From the NCBI GenBank assembly GCA_045863335.1, contig BTVY01000036.1, forward strand, positions 10,955 through 74,954: 64,000 nucleotides of DNA, read 5' to 3'. Source of the stretch: Candidatus Hydrogenedentota bacterium (GTDB lineage: Bacteria > Hydrogenedentota > Hydrogenedentia > Hydrogenedentales > SLHB01). Both the position numbers and the translations under genes were made by a program. The notes beneath the pieces are model-generated. The model worked only from the letters and a program-made list of their open reading frames with translations. It was not told the origin of the DNA and did not search any database. How positions within the stretch are numbered: position 1 is the stretch's first letter; every line of letters starts with the position of its first letter. Positions 27,348 to 35,095 of this stretch are shown one piece after another.

Positions 27348-30037
27348 TGTCTCACTGACTCCTCCAATTCGGGGATATAGCCCGCCCGACACGGATTGGA
27401 ATGGGTAGCATTCGAATCAATCTCTTGCGACTCATGGGGCACCTCATCATCCTGACAAGAGTCCGGCAAACGGCCGAAGGCTCTGGGGTAGGTTCTGCCA
27501 CCACCGAGCTCAAAGGGAAAGGTAGTTGGTGCGTCATCCGATCGCGCGTGTTCGGCCCGCCTGCGCAACCAGTCCAGGGCCATGTTTACGCTCTCATTCT
27601 GGAGGGCATAGTTTGCCGTTCGGTCGGTCGCCTCCAAATCGCGATTGATTCGGGCCAAGGCCCGTTCGCACCGTCCTCGCTGTTCTCCGTCAAACGTGGA
27701 ATCTTCCAACGCGATACGCAGTTCGAGCAATGCCGTCCGTAGCCGGTTGCTGCGCTCGCGGAAGCTATTGCTTGACTGAGCGTAGAGATGCATGGCCTCG
27801 CCGCGATAGTGCCGAATACGCGGACTTCCGCAGAGCAGCGGACGATCTTCGGCCCATTGTGAAACTGCCAGGCACCGCTGAAAATCACCTGCTTCCGCGG
27901 AGAACTGGATGGCGAAAGCTACCCCCATTTCCTCCCTGTCGCGCCAGCCGCTTTCGTCGAAAACCTCGCCCGCGACTTCGGCTAGACAAGCAATGAGGCG
28001 CGACGTGCGGGAAGGTCCGATGATCTGTTGCACTGGACGCAGGCAGAAGCCGAAAGGACCAAATACCCCGTAGTTCCGGGCGAATAGCCGGAACGCGGTT
28101 TTCACGAGCGGTCTCGCGAAAGCGAAGCGCACATGCTCGTGGTCGAACCGGCGATGGTTTACCTGAATCAGACGTGCCACCGATCGCGCGCTCTCCTCCG
28201 CCACATCCGCGAAGGATCGAACCGAGATCTGTTGATCGATAAACGCCTGATCCCGCAAGAGACGAATTAGGCCCCTCTCGCGACCCTGGTCCACGTGCCA
28301 AATACCAAAGCATGGCTCCAGAATCTCGCGGCTTAGAAGCGGAGAAAGAGGATCCTGTTGATTGGACGGGACGGGCTCGCGAGAACCACCACGCATCAGC
28401 CCACCGACCGGTTGCGTCCGCCCCATGGACTCGCGTGGAGCCCTGTTTTGGCGGTCGGAAACCGTCGGATTGGGAGTGCGTTCGCCCAAGTACACATCGA
28501 TGGAGGGGAGAAGTCGCCGCAACCCGCTCGTTTCAGATCGTGCTCTCGAAACGGTACGCAGTTCCATCCATGTGGACTCGGGCTTGTCGGGATCAGTCAA
28601 CGCCAGGGTCAGGCCATTCTTTTTGTCAACCAGACTGTCCCACGTGCACGAGTATAGGCCGGGGTCTGCTGCATGCTCGGCAACGAATTGACCGCGAATA
28701 CGTGCCCGCGGCGAGGCGAGTTCAGAGACGCCGGCAGCGCGATCGGGCAGCGCGACACCAAATTGCGCGTACTCCAGCGCGCCTGCCGCATCGAGCTTGT
28801 CAAAAAGACCATCACCAAGTAATGGCCACCGGGTGTACAACTCCTCCGCCTCCGCTTTGAGCACCGAGTATTTCGCTAGCGTGTCCTCGTCCATCGCGTG
28901 ACGGAGGGACACGCGGCTAGCCATTGCGGGGTCGTATTCTTCGCGATCGTCATCTTCAGGAAAGTAAGGTGTATCCGTTGCCGCTTCAGAATCTGGCTCC
29001 CGATGCGAATCGAGCTTTCCGAAGGCGGCATTGGCGTGTCGCAATCGTTCGGCGTCGAACTGGTACCGCGCCGCCAGCCGGTGGAGGTAGGCACGAAGTA
29101 TCACAGGATCGTGGGATGTGGCCAGGGCGGCCGGTCCGGTTCTCATGCAGTCGATAGCACGGCCGAGCAAGTTACCGATATCGGCAAGGTCATCGGAGTC
29201 GGCGTATTGTTGCAGGATTGGAAGTACCTGCTCTATACACTCGAACAACGAAAGTGCACCTTTCGTGGTAGAAGCCGTGCAGGTGCCGTCAAAATCACGA
29301 TTGAACGCCAGCGCGGCAGCGTGAATATCTTCAAAATGGGGGATTTCTTCCCATTGAAGTCCTGCTTCAATGGCGGCCACCATGAGCGTAAGCCAGCCGA
29401 AACCGAGCGACACGCTCAGGGGCGATCGACTGCACCCGGCACTGGTCGCGATTTGAAGACGGCACCGTCCGGAACTTTGTACATTCTTATAGGAAAACAG
29501 GCTTTGAAGGGTTCGGCATTCGACGTGGGCTGACCAGCACGGCTCCAGCGAACCGAAACGAAGTGCGCCGGCGCCGTGGAAGGGCAATCCGATTACATAC
29601 AGGGTCCGGAGGTTTTCCGAAATCATGGGCAGGTGTGGCGAGCGAAGGTCGATATTGAAATGCGTGCCGAACGTTTTTCCGGTTGCGTAGCAGGCGCCCC
29701 CGCACGACATCTCGAGAGTCAAGCGCGGGTCGCTTGTACGTAGCATTCCATCGACTGTCTCGTAGACCCACTGCCTCAATCGGAGATGCTCCGTAACCGC
29801 ACCGCGGTTGGAGTGGGTCTCGGCGGTCCGAAGTTCGATCTTCTCACAGTCCCAGCCAACCGAAGCGCCGGACGGAAGGAAGCAGCCGTTGCCTCGCAGG
29901 GCCGGCAGGTTCGGCGTGCTGTCCATCAATCGCCCCACCAGCTCTTGCACGCACAAGGATGGAACCAGGCGGTGACCCTGGCTATGCACGGTCACCACCT
30001 GTTCCTGCTCTGTACCGCGGTACCGCAATTGCGACAC
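27323..30037 (-). CDS. PafA/Dop (Pup ligase) fold protein with about 400-aa C-terminal extension
   Basis: Collinear matches to PafA motifs: GTEQE (GIETE), FLPSGASVGWD..KIELRTAET (FLRNGARLYLD..HPEYATAEC), TFGTHFN (SYGCHEN), GAG, RLQI (RLHV), GLFDKL (GIFDLL), PRARIRGQFV (TRARLRGEFI), W...DP. Confidence 0.8.
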   Translation of the reverse strand: MSQLRYRGTEQEQVVTVHSQGHRLVPSLCVQELVGRLMDSTPNLPALRGNGCFLPSGASVGWDCEKIELRTAETHSNRGAVTEHLRLRQWVYETVDGMLRTSDPRLTLEMSCGGACYATGKTFGTHFNIDLRSPHLPMISENLRTLYVIGLPFHGAGALRFGSLEPCWSAHVECRTLQSLFSYKNVQSSGRCRLQIATSAGCSRSPLSVSLGFGWLTLMVAAIEAGLQWEEIPHFEDIHAAALAFNRDFDGTCTASTTKGALSLFECIEQVLPILQQYADSDDLADIGNLLGRAIDCMRTGPAALATSHDPVILRAYLHRLAARYQFDAERLRHANAAFGKLDSHREPDSEAATDTPYFPEDDDREEYDPAMASRVSLRHAMDEDTLAKYSVLKAEAEELYTRWPLLGDGLFDKLDAAGALEYAQFGVALPDRAAGVSELASPRARIRGQFVAEHAADPGLYSCTWDSLVDKKNGLTLALTDPDKPESTWMELRTVSRARSETSGLRRLLPSIDVYLGERTPNPTVSDRQNRAPRESMGRTQPVGGLMRGGSREPVPSNQQDPLSPLLSREILEPCFGIWHVDQGRERGLIRLLRDQAFIDQQISVRSFADVAEESARSVARLIQVNHRRFDHEHVRFAFARPLVKTAFRLFARNYGVFGPFGFCLRPVQQIIGPSRTSRLIACLAEVAGEVFDESGWRDREEMGVAFAIQFSAEAGDFQRCLAVSQWAEDRPLLCGSPRIRHYRGEAMHLYAQSSNSFRERSNRLRTALLELRIALEDSTFDGEQRGRCERALARINRDLEATDRTANYALQNESVNMALDWLRRRAEHARSDDAPTTFPFELGGGRTYPRAFGRLPDSCQDDEVPHESQEIDSNATHSNPCRAGYIPELEESVRQWTLIHGN

Positions 30038-30049
30038 GTCGGTTCCCTC

Positions 30050-30250
30050 TTACTCGCCGCCGGAGTAACGACGGCTCTGAACGAATTCCCTGCTCTTGCC
30101 CGACATCGATTCGTCGACGACATCCATGCCCTTTTTCAGCAGATCTTCCGTTCGCGCATTGTTTGGATTGATCTCGGCGCCGAGGTCCACCGATTCCGTA
30201 CCTCCTGTCGACTGTTGCATGCAGTTTGGTTCCATCAGGGTTTTGCTCAT
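30050..30250 (-). CDS. Pup-like (prokaryotic ubiquitin-like) protein, 66 aa
   Basis: AAGGAG RBS; polar N-terminus; TEDLL..GMDVVDE...REFVQSRRYSGGE resembles Pup TDDLLDEIDDVLEE..EDFVRAYVQKGG[QE]; 12 nt upstream of the PafA-like gene. Confidence 0.8.
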   Translation of the reverse strand: MSKTLMEPNCMQQSTGGTESVDLGAEINPNNARTEDLLKKGMDVVDESMSGKSREFVQSRRYSGGE

Positions 30251-30337
30251 AGATAACTCCTTTTCCTTTGGATCGGCCGGCGCGCGTCCGTTGGTCCGCC
30301 ACAACCGGTAGCGGCGGCTACGCCCGGCGAAGAAATG

Positions 30338-30354
30338 AGCAATCGCTGTGCCAG
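30338..30354 (-). promoter_or_regulatory. Sigma54 (-24/-12) promoter of the Pup-like operon
   Basis: Minus strand reads CTGGCAC-AGCGA-TTGCT, a perfect match to TGGCAC-N5-TTGCW. Confidence 0.85.
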
Positions 30355-30521
30355 CATGGCATCGGGCTGAAGTTGTTGGAAATACTCCCGAGCGGGCTGC
30401 AGGCGGGACGGCGGATGGTTGAGTTTTGCTCGGTGAGTTACTGGCATGCAGCCTGCCATTCCGTTGATTTAATTGGGATCTGCCGCTAGTATTGGGAAAC
30501 TCAACTGGCTGCGGGGGCAGT

Positions 30522-32195
30522 ATGGAATACGCCGTTCTGGAATGCCGGCAAGAAGGACGAGAGCGCGTCTACCGTGCGACGCACGTAGATGCCGCCCACG
30601 TCTTGCAGTGCGCGCGTGAGGGCCGCTTGAGCCTTTTTTACATCAGTGAGTCTCACGCTTCCGATCTTCAGAATACGGTACCGAAAATCCGGGACATGGG
30701 CCGGAAACTTGCCGGAAAAGAATTGTCGCGGTATCTGGCCAAACTTGCGGAAAACGAAGTCGGAATTCTGAAAGGCGCGTACGACAGCACGCGGCAACTG
30801 AAGCGGAGCGTGAGTGACGCGGTCAGGAAGTGCCACGAGCAACAACACGCGATCGTAGCCTTCATCACGCTGAAGCCGGCGCTGTTCGCTCAGGCGTGGA
30901 AAAAGGAAACCGCCAACGCCTCTCGCGACGACCGCATCGAAGCACGGGACTTGGAGTCTCCGGTTGAACGGACACTGCGCACCTTGGGCGAGATGGACGT
31001 TCCGGAGAGTCTTGTCAAAGCGTATATTGGCAATTCGCCGTCAATCCGGCTGGTCCGCCAACTCATTCTCCGCGCAAGCGAACATGCCTACCCGGTGCTG
31101 ATCCAGGGTGAATCGGGAACCGGCAAAGAGATAATCGCGCGCAGCATTCATGACTTGAGCCGTGACCACGGCCGCGGCCCGGAATTCCGGCCCATCAATT
31201 GCAGCGCCATTTCCCCGTTCCTGTTGGAGTCAGAGTTGTTCGGGCATCTCAAAGACTCCTCGGATCGCGCGACCAAAGACCGCGACGGGCTATGGAAATC
31301 CGCCAATAATGGCACGATCTTTCTCGATGAAATCGGGGACCTCAACCTGGACCAACAAGCAAAGATACTGCGGGTTCTAGACACGAACGCGGTGAAGCCG
31401 GTCGGCTCTGACGAGGAAGTTCCGGTGCGCGCCCGCGTGATCAGCGCGACCAATCGTGACCTCTATAGCATGATCCGCGACGGCCGTTTCCGGGAAGACC
31501 TGTTCTTCCGTCTGAGCGTAATCCCCATTCAAACCCCGCCGTTGCGGGAACATCCCGAAGATATCCCGGTCATTGCACGTTGGCTGTGGACGGACATCGC
31601 CGGGAAATCGGCGCCTTCGCTTTCGGGTGACATTCTGGCCTGCCTCAGCGAATACACGTGGCCAGGAAACGTGCGAGAACTAAAATCCATTCTGTCTTCG
31701 CTACGCGGATATTTCGGCGTCCGCGCCCGGACCCGGGATCAGTTTGAGACGGTCATGTTTCTCAAAGGGAAGCCTGCAGCCATTGCGACTCCCCCCACCG
31801 CGCGACAATCGGCAACCCGCTCACGGGCCGAATCGTTCCAACATCTCCAACGGGTCGACGGCGTGCTGCGGGGCATCGAAGTCTTTCTGAAAGCGTTAAA
31901 CGGCCGCCGCGCGATTCGGGATACGATGGACGCGCAAACCGCGCTCGGCGAGCGGCACCGCGAGCTGGCACATCTGTGTCAGAAACCTTTGCTGTTCGTG
32001 TCGCCCAAGACGTTTGACGCGGTTTACGGCGCCTGCGGGAAGATCGCGTATCTTTTGGATTCCCTGCAGACCGATTCTACGTCGTCGCCGCGACTTGCAA
32101 CGCGGCAACTGGCCAAGGAAGTTCAAACTACGCGCGCCAAGGTGCAAAAACAGATTGACGGGCTCATGCCGAAACCGCGAAACCAGCGGAGCTAG
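30522..32195 (+). CDS. Sigma54-activator-family AAA+ protein lacking GAFTGA
   Basis: GESGTGKE, INCSA, ESELFGH, FLDEIGDL, FREDLFFRL and WPGNVREL. The GAFTGA position reads DSSDRA, and no Fis-type HTH is evident. Confidence 0.9.
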   Translation: MEYAVLECRQEGRERVYRATHVDAAHVLQCAREGRLSLFYISESHASDLQNTVPKIRDMGRKLAGKELSRYLAKLAENEVGILKGAYDSTRQLKRSVSDAVRKCHEQQHAIVAFITLKPALFAQAWKKETANASRDDRIEARDLESPVERTLRTLGEMDVPESLVKAYIGNSPSIRLVRQLILRASEHAYPVLIQGESGTGKEIIARSIHDLSRDHGRGPEFRPINCSAISPFLLESELFGHLKDSSDRATKDRDGLWKSANNGTIFLDEIGDLNLDQQAKILRVLDTNAVKPVGSDEEVPVRARVISATNRDLYSMIRDGRFREDLFFRLSVIPIQTPPLREHPEDIPVIARWLWTDIAGKSAPSLSGDILACLSEYTWPGNVRELKSILSSLRGYFGVRARTRDQFETVMFLKGKPAAIATPPTARQSATRSRAESFQHLQRVDGVLRGIEVFLKALNGRRAIRDTMDAQTALGERHRELAHLCQKPLLFVSPKTFDAVYGACGKIAYLLDSLQTDSTSSPRLATRQLAKEVQTTRAKVQKQIDGLMPKPRNQRS

Positions 32196-32223
32196 GAACT
32201 GAGGGGATAGCTGGGGTCGGCGT

Positions 32224-32299
32224 TTGGAGTTCCGGCTTCAGCCGGTTTGTATTCCCGAGCTTCACGCGCGCACGGGACCGCGTGAACGCGGAACTCCGA
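32224..32299. repeat. REP doublet upstream of RAYT
   Basis: TTGGAGTTCCGGCTTCAGCCGG and the inverted CCGCGTGAACGCGGAACTCCGA. Confidence 0.75.
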
Positions 32300-32322
32300 A
32301 CGCGGTCCGGGTAGTTTGACCC

Positions 32323-32944
32323 ATGTCACAGCCGGAATACTGTTGGCGTCGGCTCACGACCAAACAGCGCGAGGAGCTGCTGGCCTGGCGCAAGGAACGC
32401 GGGCATCCGTGGCACTCGCCGCCGCATCGTCCGAATTCCGGCCATGATCGCTTCCACGTCACCGCCGCGTGCTATGAGCATCGGGCTTTCATCGGCCACA
32501 GCCCAGAGCGCATGGACACGTTTTCACGCAATTTGCTGGCCGTGTTCGCGTCGCACGCCAGCCAGACGTTCGCATGGTGTGTGCCTGCCAAATCATTATC
32601 ACGCGCTGGTCGAAGCGGCGGACGTACTCAGTCTGTTGCGTGCGTTGGGAAAACTGCACGGGCGCACGTCGTATACCTGGAACGGCGAAGAGAATTCGCG
32701 GGGGCGCAAAGTCTTCTTCCGCGCTGCCGAGCGCGCGATGCGTTCGGATCGGCACTATTGGGCCACGCTGAATTACGTTCATCACAACCCGGTACATCAC
32801 CACTACGTTGAGCGCTGGACAGACTGGCCGTGGAGTAGCGCGCGGGAGTATCTCGCGCAGACCGATCCTGAAGAAGCTAAGCGAACCTGGCGCGAATACC
32901 CGCTCGGCGATTACGGCAAGGGATGGGATGACGCGGAGATGTAG
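32323..32944 (+). pseudogene. REP-associated tyrosine transposase (RAYT/Y1 family), frameshifted
   Basis: HSPPH, FHVTAAC, AWCV|LPNHYHAL (HUH motif), NYVHHNPV and DWPWSS. An extra C near 32584 splits it over two frames. Confidence 0.85.
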
Positions 32945-32968
32945 TGTGGAGCATTCGTGCGACCCGAG

Positions 32969-32990
32969 CCGCCTAAAGGCGGAACTCCAA
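32969..32990. repeat. REP downstream of RAYT
   Basis: CCGCCTAAAGGCGGAACTCCAA, same family as 32224-32299. Confidence 0.75.
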
Positions 32991-33087
32991 GCAATTCTTA
33001 TTTGCACTACTTGACCCGCAGTCCATACCATTGCCTCGACGTGGGGTGGGTGTCGCGACTGCGGCTCGACAAGTGTGAGGGATCGAG

Positions 33088-34965
33088 ATGGCTGTGGAAT
33101 CCGGGGACAGCAAGGCGACTGATTTATCCTCTTTCGCGCTTTTACCCAACGCAATTCCATATGAACTTCGCATCGGTGTAACCGGCCACCGGAAGCTTGC
33201 GGACCTAGATGCAGTGCGCCGGGCGGTGGATAGGTCGTTGGACCACATCCAACACGTCCTGGAGTCTGCGGCGGCGCAGCCCCACGGGGCGGAAGCGGGC
33301 GGACAGACGTGGAGCAAATGGTTTGACCAGGCTTTGCTGGCGGCGTTGCGGATGGTGTGGCGAGAGGTTCCGCCTTCGCCGGCAGTCGTGGATCCCTCCA
33401 TGCGGACGCCGTTGCGGTGGTGCGCGGTGTCGGCGCTGGCGCAGGGGGCGGATGCCATCGTGGCGGAGGCGGTGCTGGCGCGGGCGGAATCGCGGTTGCG
33501 GGCGATCCTTCCGTTTGACGCCGACGAATACGGCACGGATTTCACGAGCCCGGAACATCTCGATACCTTTCATCGTTTGCTCGCGCGCGATCCCGGTGCG
33601 CGTGTGGTCGGTACGGTTGATGGTACGAAAGCGACCCGCAACCGCCTGTACCGCGAAGCGGGGGAGGCGGTGATTCACGGGTGCGACATCCTGATTGCGA
33701 TCTGGGACGGCGAACCGGCGAAGGGCGAAGGCGGCACTGGGGACATCGTCCAGCATGCCTTGGAACATGGCCGGTTGACACTCTGGGTTAATGCGAAGAA
33801 CCCAGACTCGCCGGTTAAACGGCTCGTGCCGCGCAGCGAGATCGAACGCGAGTCGGCAAAACCGATCCCGTGGACGACCGCCGAAGTCCCCGCGACAGCC
33901 AAAGCGTTGAGCCTTGGGTTCCACCAGATCTCCGCGTACAACCGGGACCTGGCGGTCGGCACGGACGCAGTCGCGGAGACGTTTGCGAAAAAACGCACTA
34001 CGATGCTGGAGGCGGCCCGGAAAAGCAACCTGCCCGAAACGGCGCTCGGGGAAGGGACCTGGACCGCGCTGGCCCAGTATTGTCGTGCCGATCAACTCGC
34101 CCTGCGCTACCAATCGCTTCACCTCCGTAGTGCGAAGGGGCTGTACCAACTCGCCGCGTTCGGCGTCACCGTCTCCGTAATTCAAGTCCTGTTCTTTCCC
34201 GCCTGGTACGGACTCGTCGCGCTGGAAGTCGCCGCCATGCTGGCCGTACTCATCATCCTGCGCATCTCGCGAAAGGAAAACTGGCACGAGAAGTGGCTGC
34301 ACGACCGCCACTTTGCCGAGCGCTTGCGCGGCCGGATGTATCTCGACCTGCTTGGCGAAGACTCCGCGCCAGGCGACGCGCGGGCGGCTGCATCGCTGGC
34401 ATTCTATAGCCGGCCCGCGGACTGGGTGACGCTGGCTTTTGCGAATCTGGAACCGCCGTCGACTCGGCCCGCTCAGAGCGGTGCGGAATGGATCGCACTC
34501 CGCGATTTCATTTACGCAAACTGGGTCAACGCCCAGGCGAAGTACCACATCGACAATGCGGAACGGAAGGTGGGGCCGCCAAAACGCACCCACTGGATCG
34601 GGGCGGGGTTATTCACCGCGACGCTGTTGGCAGCGCTGTTGCACGCCATCGGCGTGGGTCACGGCTCCCACGGAGACCACCACGGCATCTCCACCGTCAC
34701 GGCGCTCCTATTTGCGACGACCGTGCTGCTTCCCCTCTGGGGCGCAACCTTGCACGCCATCGACACCCTGCACGATTGGCACCGCATCGCCAGCCGTTCC
34801 GAACGCATGGGCCGCCAGCTCCAGAACGTCGCTGAGGGTCTCAAGAATGCCGCGACTCCAGAAGAAATTCGGCGCCAGGTCCGCACGGCCTACGAGATCA
34901 TGGCCACCGAAAACCAGGAATGGGCCGCGTCGCTGGCCTTCCGTGGACCGACTTTGCCTGCGTAG
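33088..34965 (+). CDS. SLOG domain fused to two SLATT-like 2TM effector modules
   Basis: IGVTGHR, SALAQGAD, CDILIAIWDG...GGTGDIV (SLOG); TM pairs followed by W..DRHFAERLR, and WVNAQAKYH...ENQEW (SLATT-like). Confidence 0.8.
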   Translation: MAVESGDSKATDLSSFALLPNAIPYELRIGVTGHRKLADLDAVRRAVDRSLDHIQHVLESAAAQPHGAEAGGQTWSKWFDQALLAALRMVWREVPPSPAVVDPSMRTPLRWCAVSALAQGADAIVAEAVLARAESRLRAILPFDADEYGTDFTSPEHLDTFHRLLARDPGARVVGTVDGTKATRNRLYREAGEAVIHGCDILIAIWDGEPAKGEGGTGDIVQHALEHGRLTLWVNAKNPDSPVKRLVPRSEIERESAKPIPWTTAEVPATAKALSLGFHQISAYNRDLAVGTDAVAETFAKKRTTMLEAARKSNLPETALGEGTWTALAQYCRADQLALRYQSLHLRSAKGLYQLAAFGVTVSVIQVLFFPAWYGLVALEVAAMLAVLIILRISRKENWHEKWLHDRHFAERLRGRMYLDLLGEDSAPGDARAAASLAFYSRPADWVTLAFANLEPPSTRPAQSGAEWIALRDFIYANWVNAQAKYHIDNAERKVGPPKRTHWIGAGLFTATLLAALLHAIGVGHGSHGDHHGISTVTALLFATTVLLPLWGATLHAIDTLHDWHRIASRSERMGRQLQNVAEGLKNAATPEEIRRQVRTAYEIMATENQEWAASLAFRGPTLPA

Positions 34966-35039
34966 CCCGCGTATTCTGGGCGACTATCGCGCCGCAGCGA
35001 AGCGTCGAGCGGAATGCCCGGCGAAATTCGATTTCGAGA

Positions 35040-35048
35040 TGCTATAAT
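35040..35048 (+). promoter_or_regulatory. Extended -10 element
   Basis: TGCTATAAT about 50 nt upstream of ATG 35096. Confidence 0.55.
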
Positions 35049-35095
35049 GGCCGACCGGGGTCACGAACAGCGTTTTGGGACGGTGGGGATTCATC

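Noticed and set aside
30050-30250. UBact rather than Pup-like
   Set aside because: The C-terminus is GGE preceded by a Pup-like EFV helix, not R[TS]G[EQ], and no proteasome operon is adjacent.
33205-34593. 462-aa antisense ORF (likewise 7031-8143, 18674-20119, 42728-43753, 59332-60309)
   Set aside because: Shadow ORFs opposite well-supported genes in GC-rich DNA, with no recognisable motifs.
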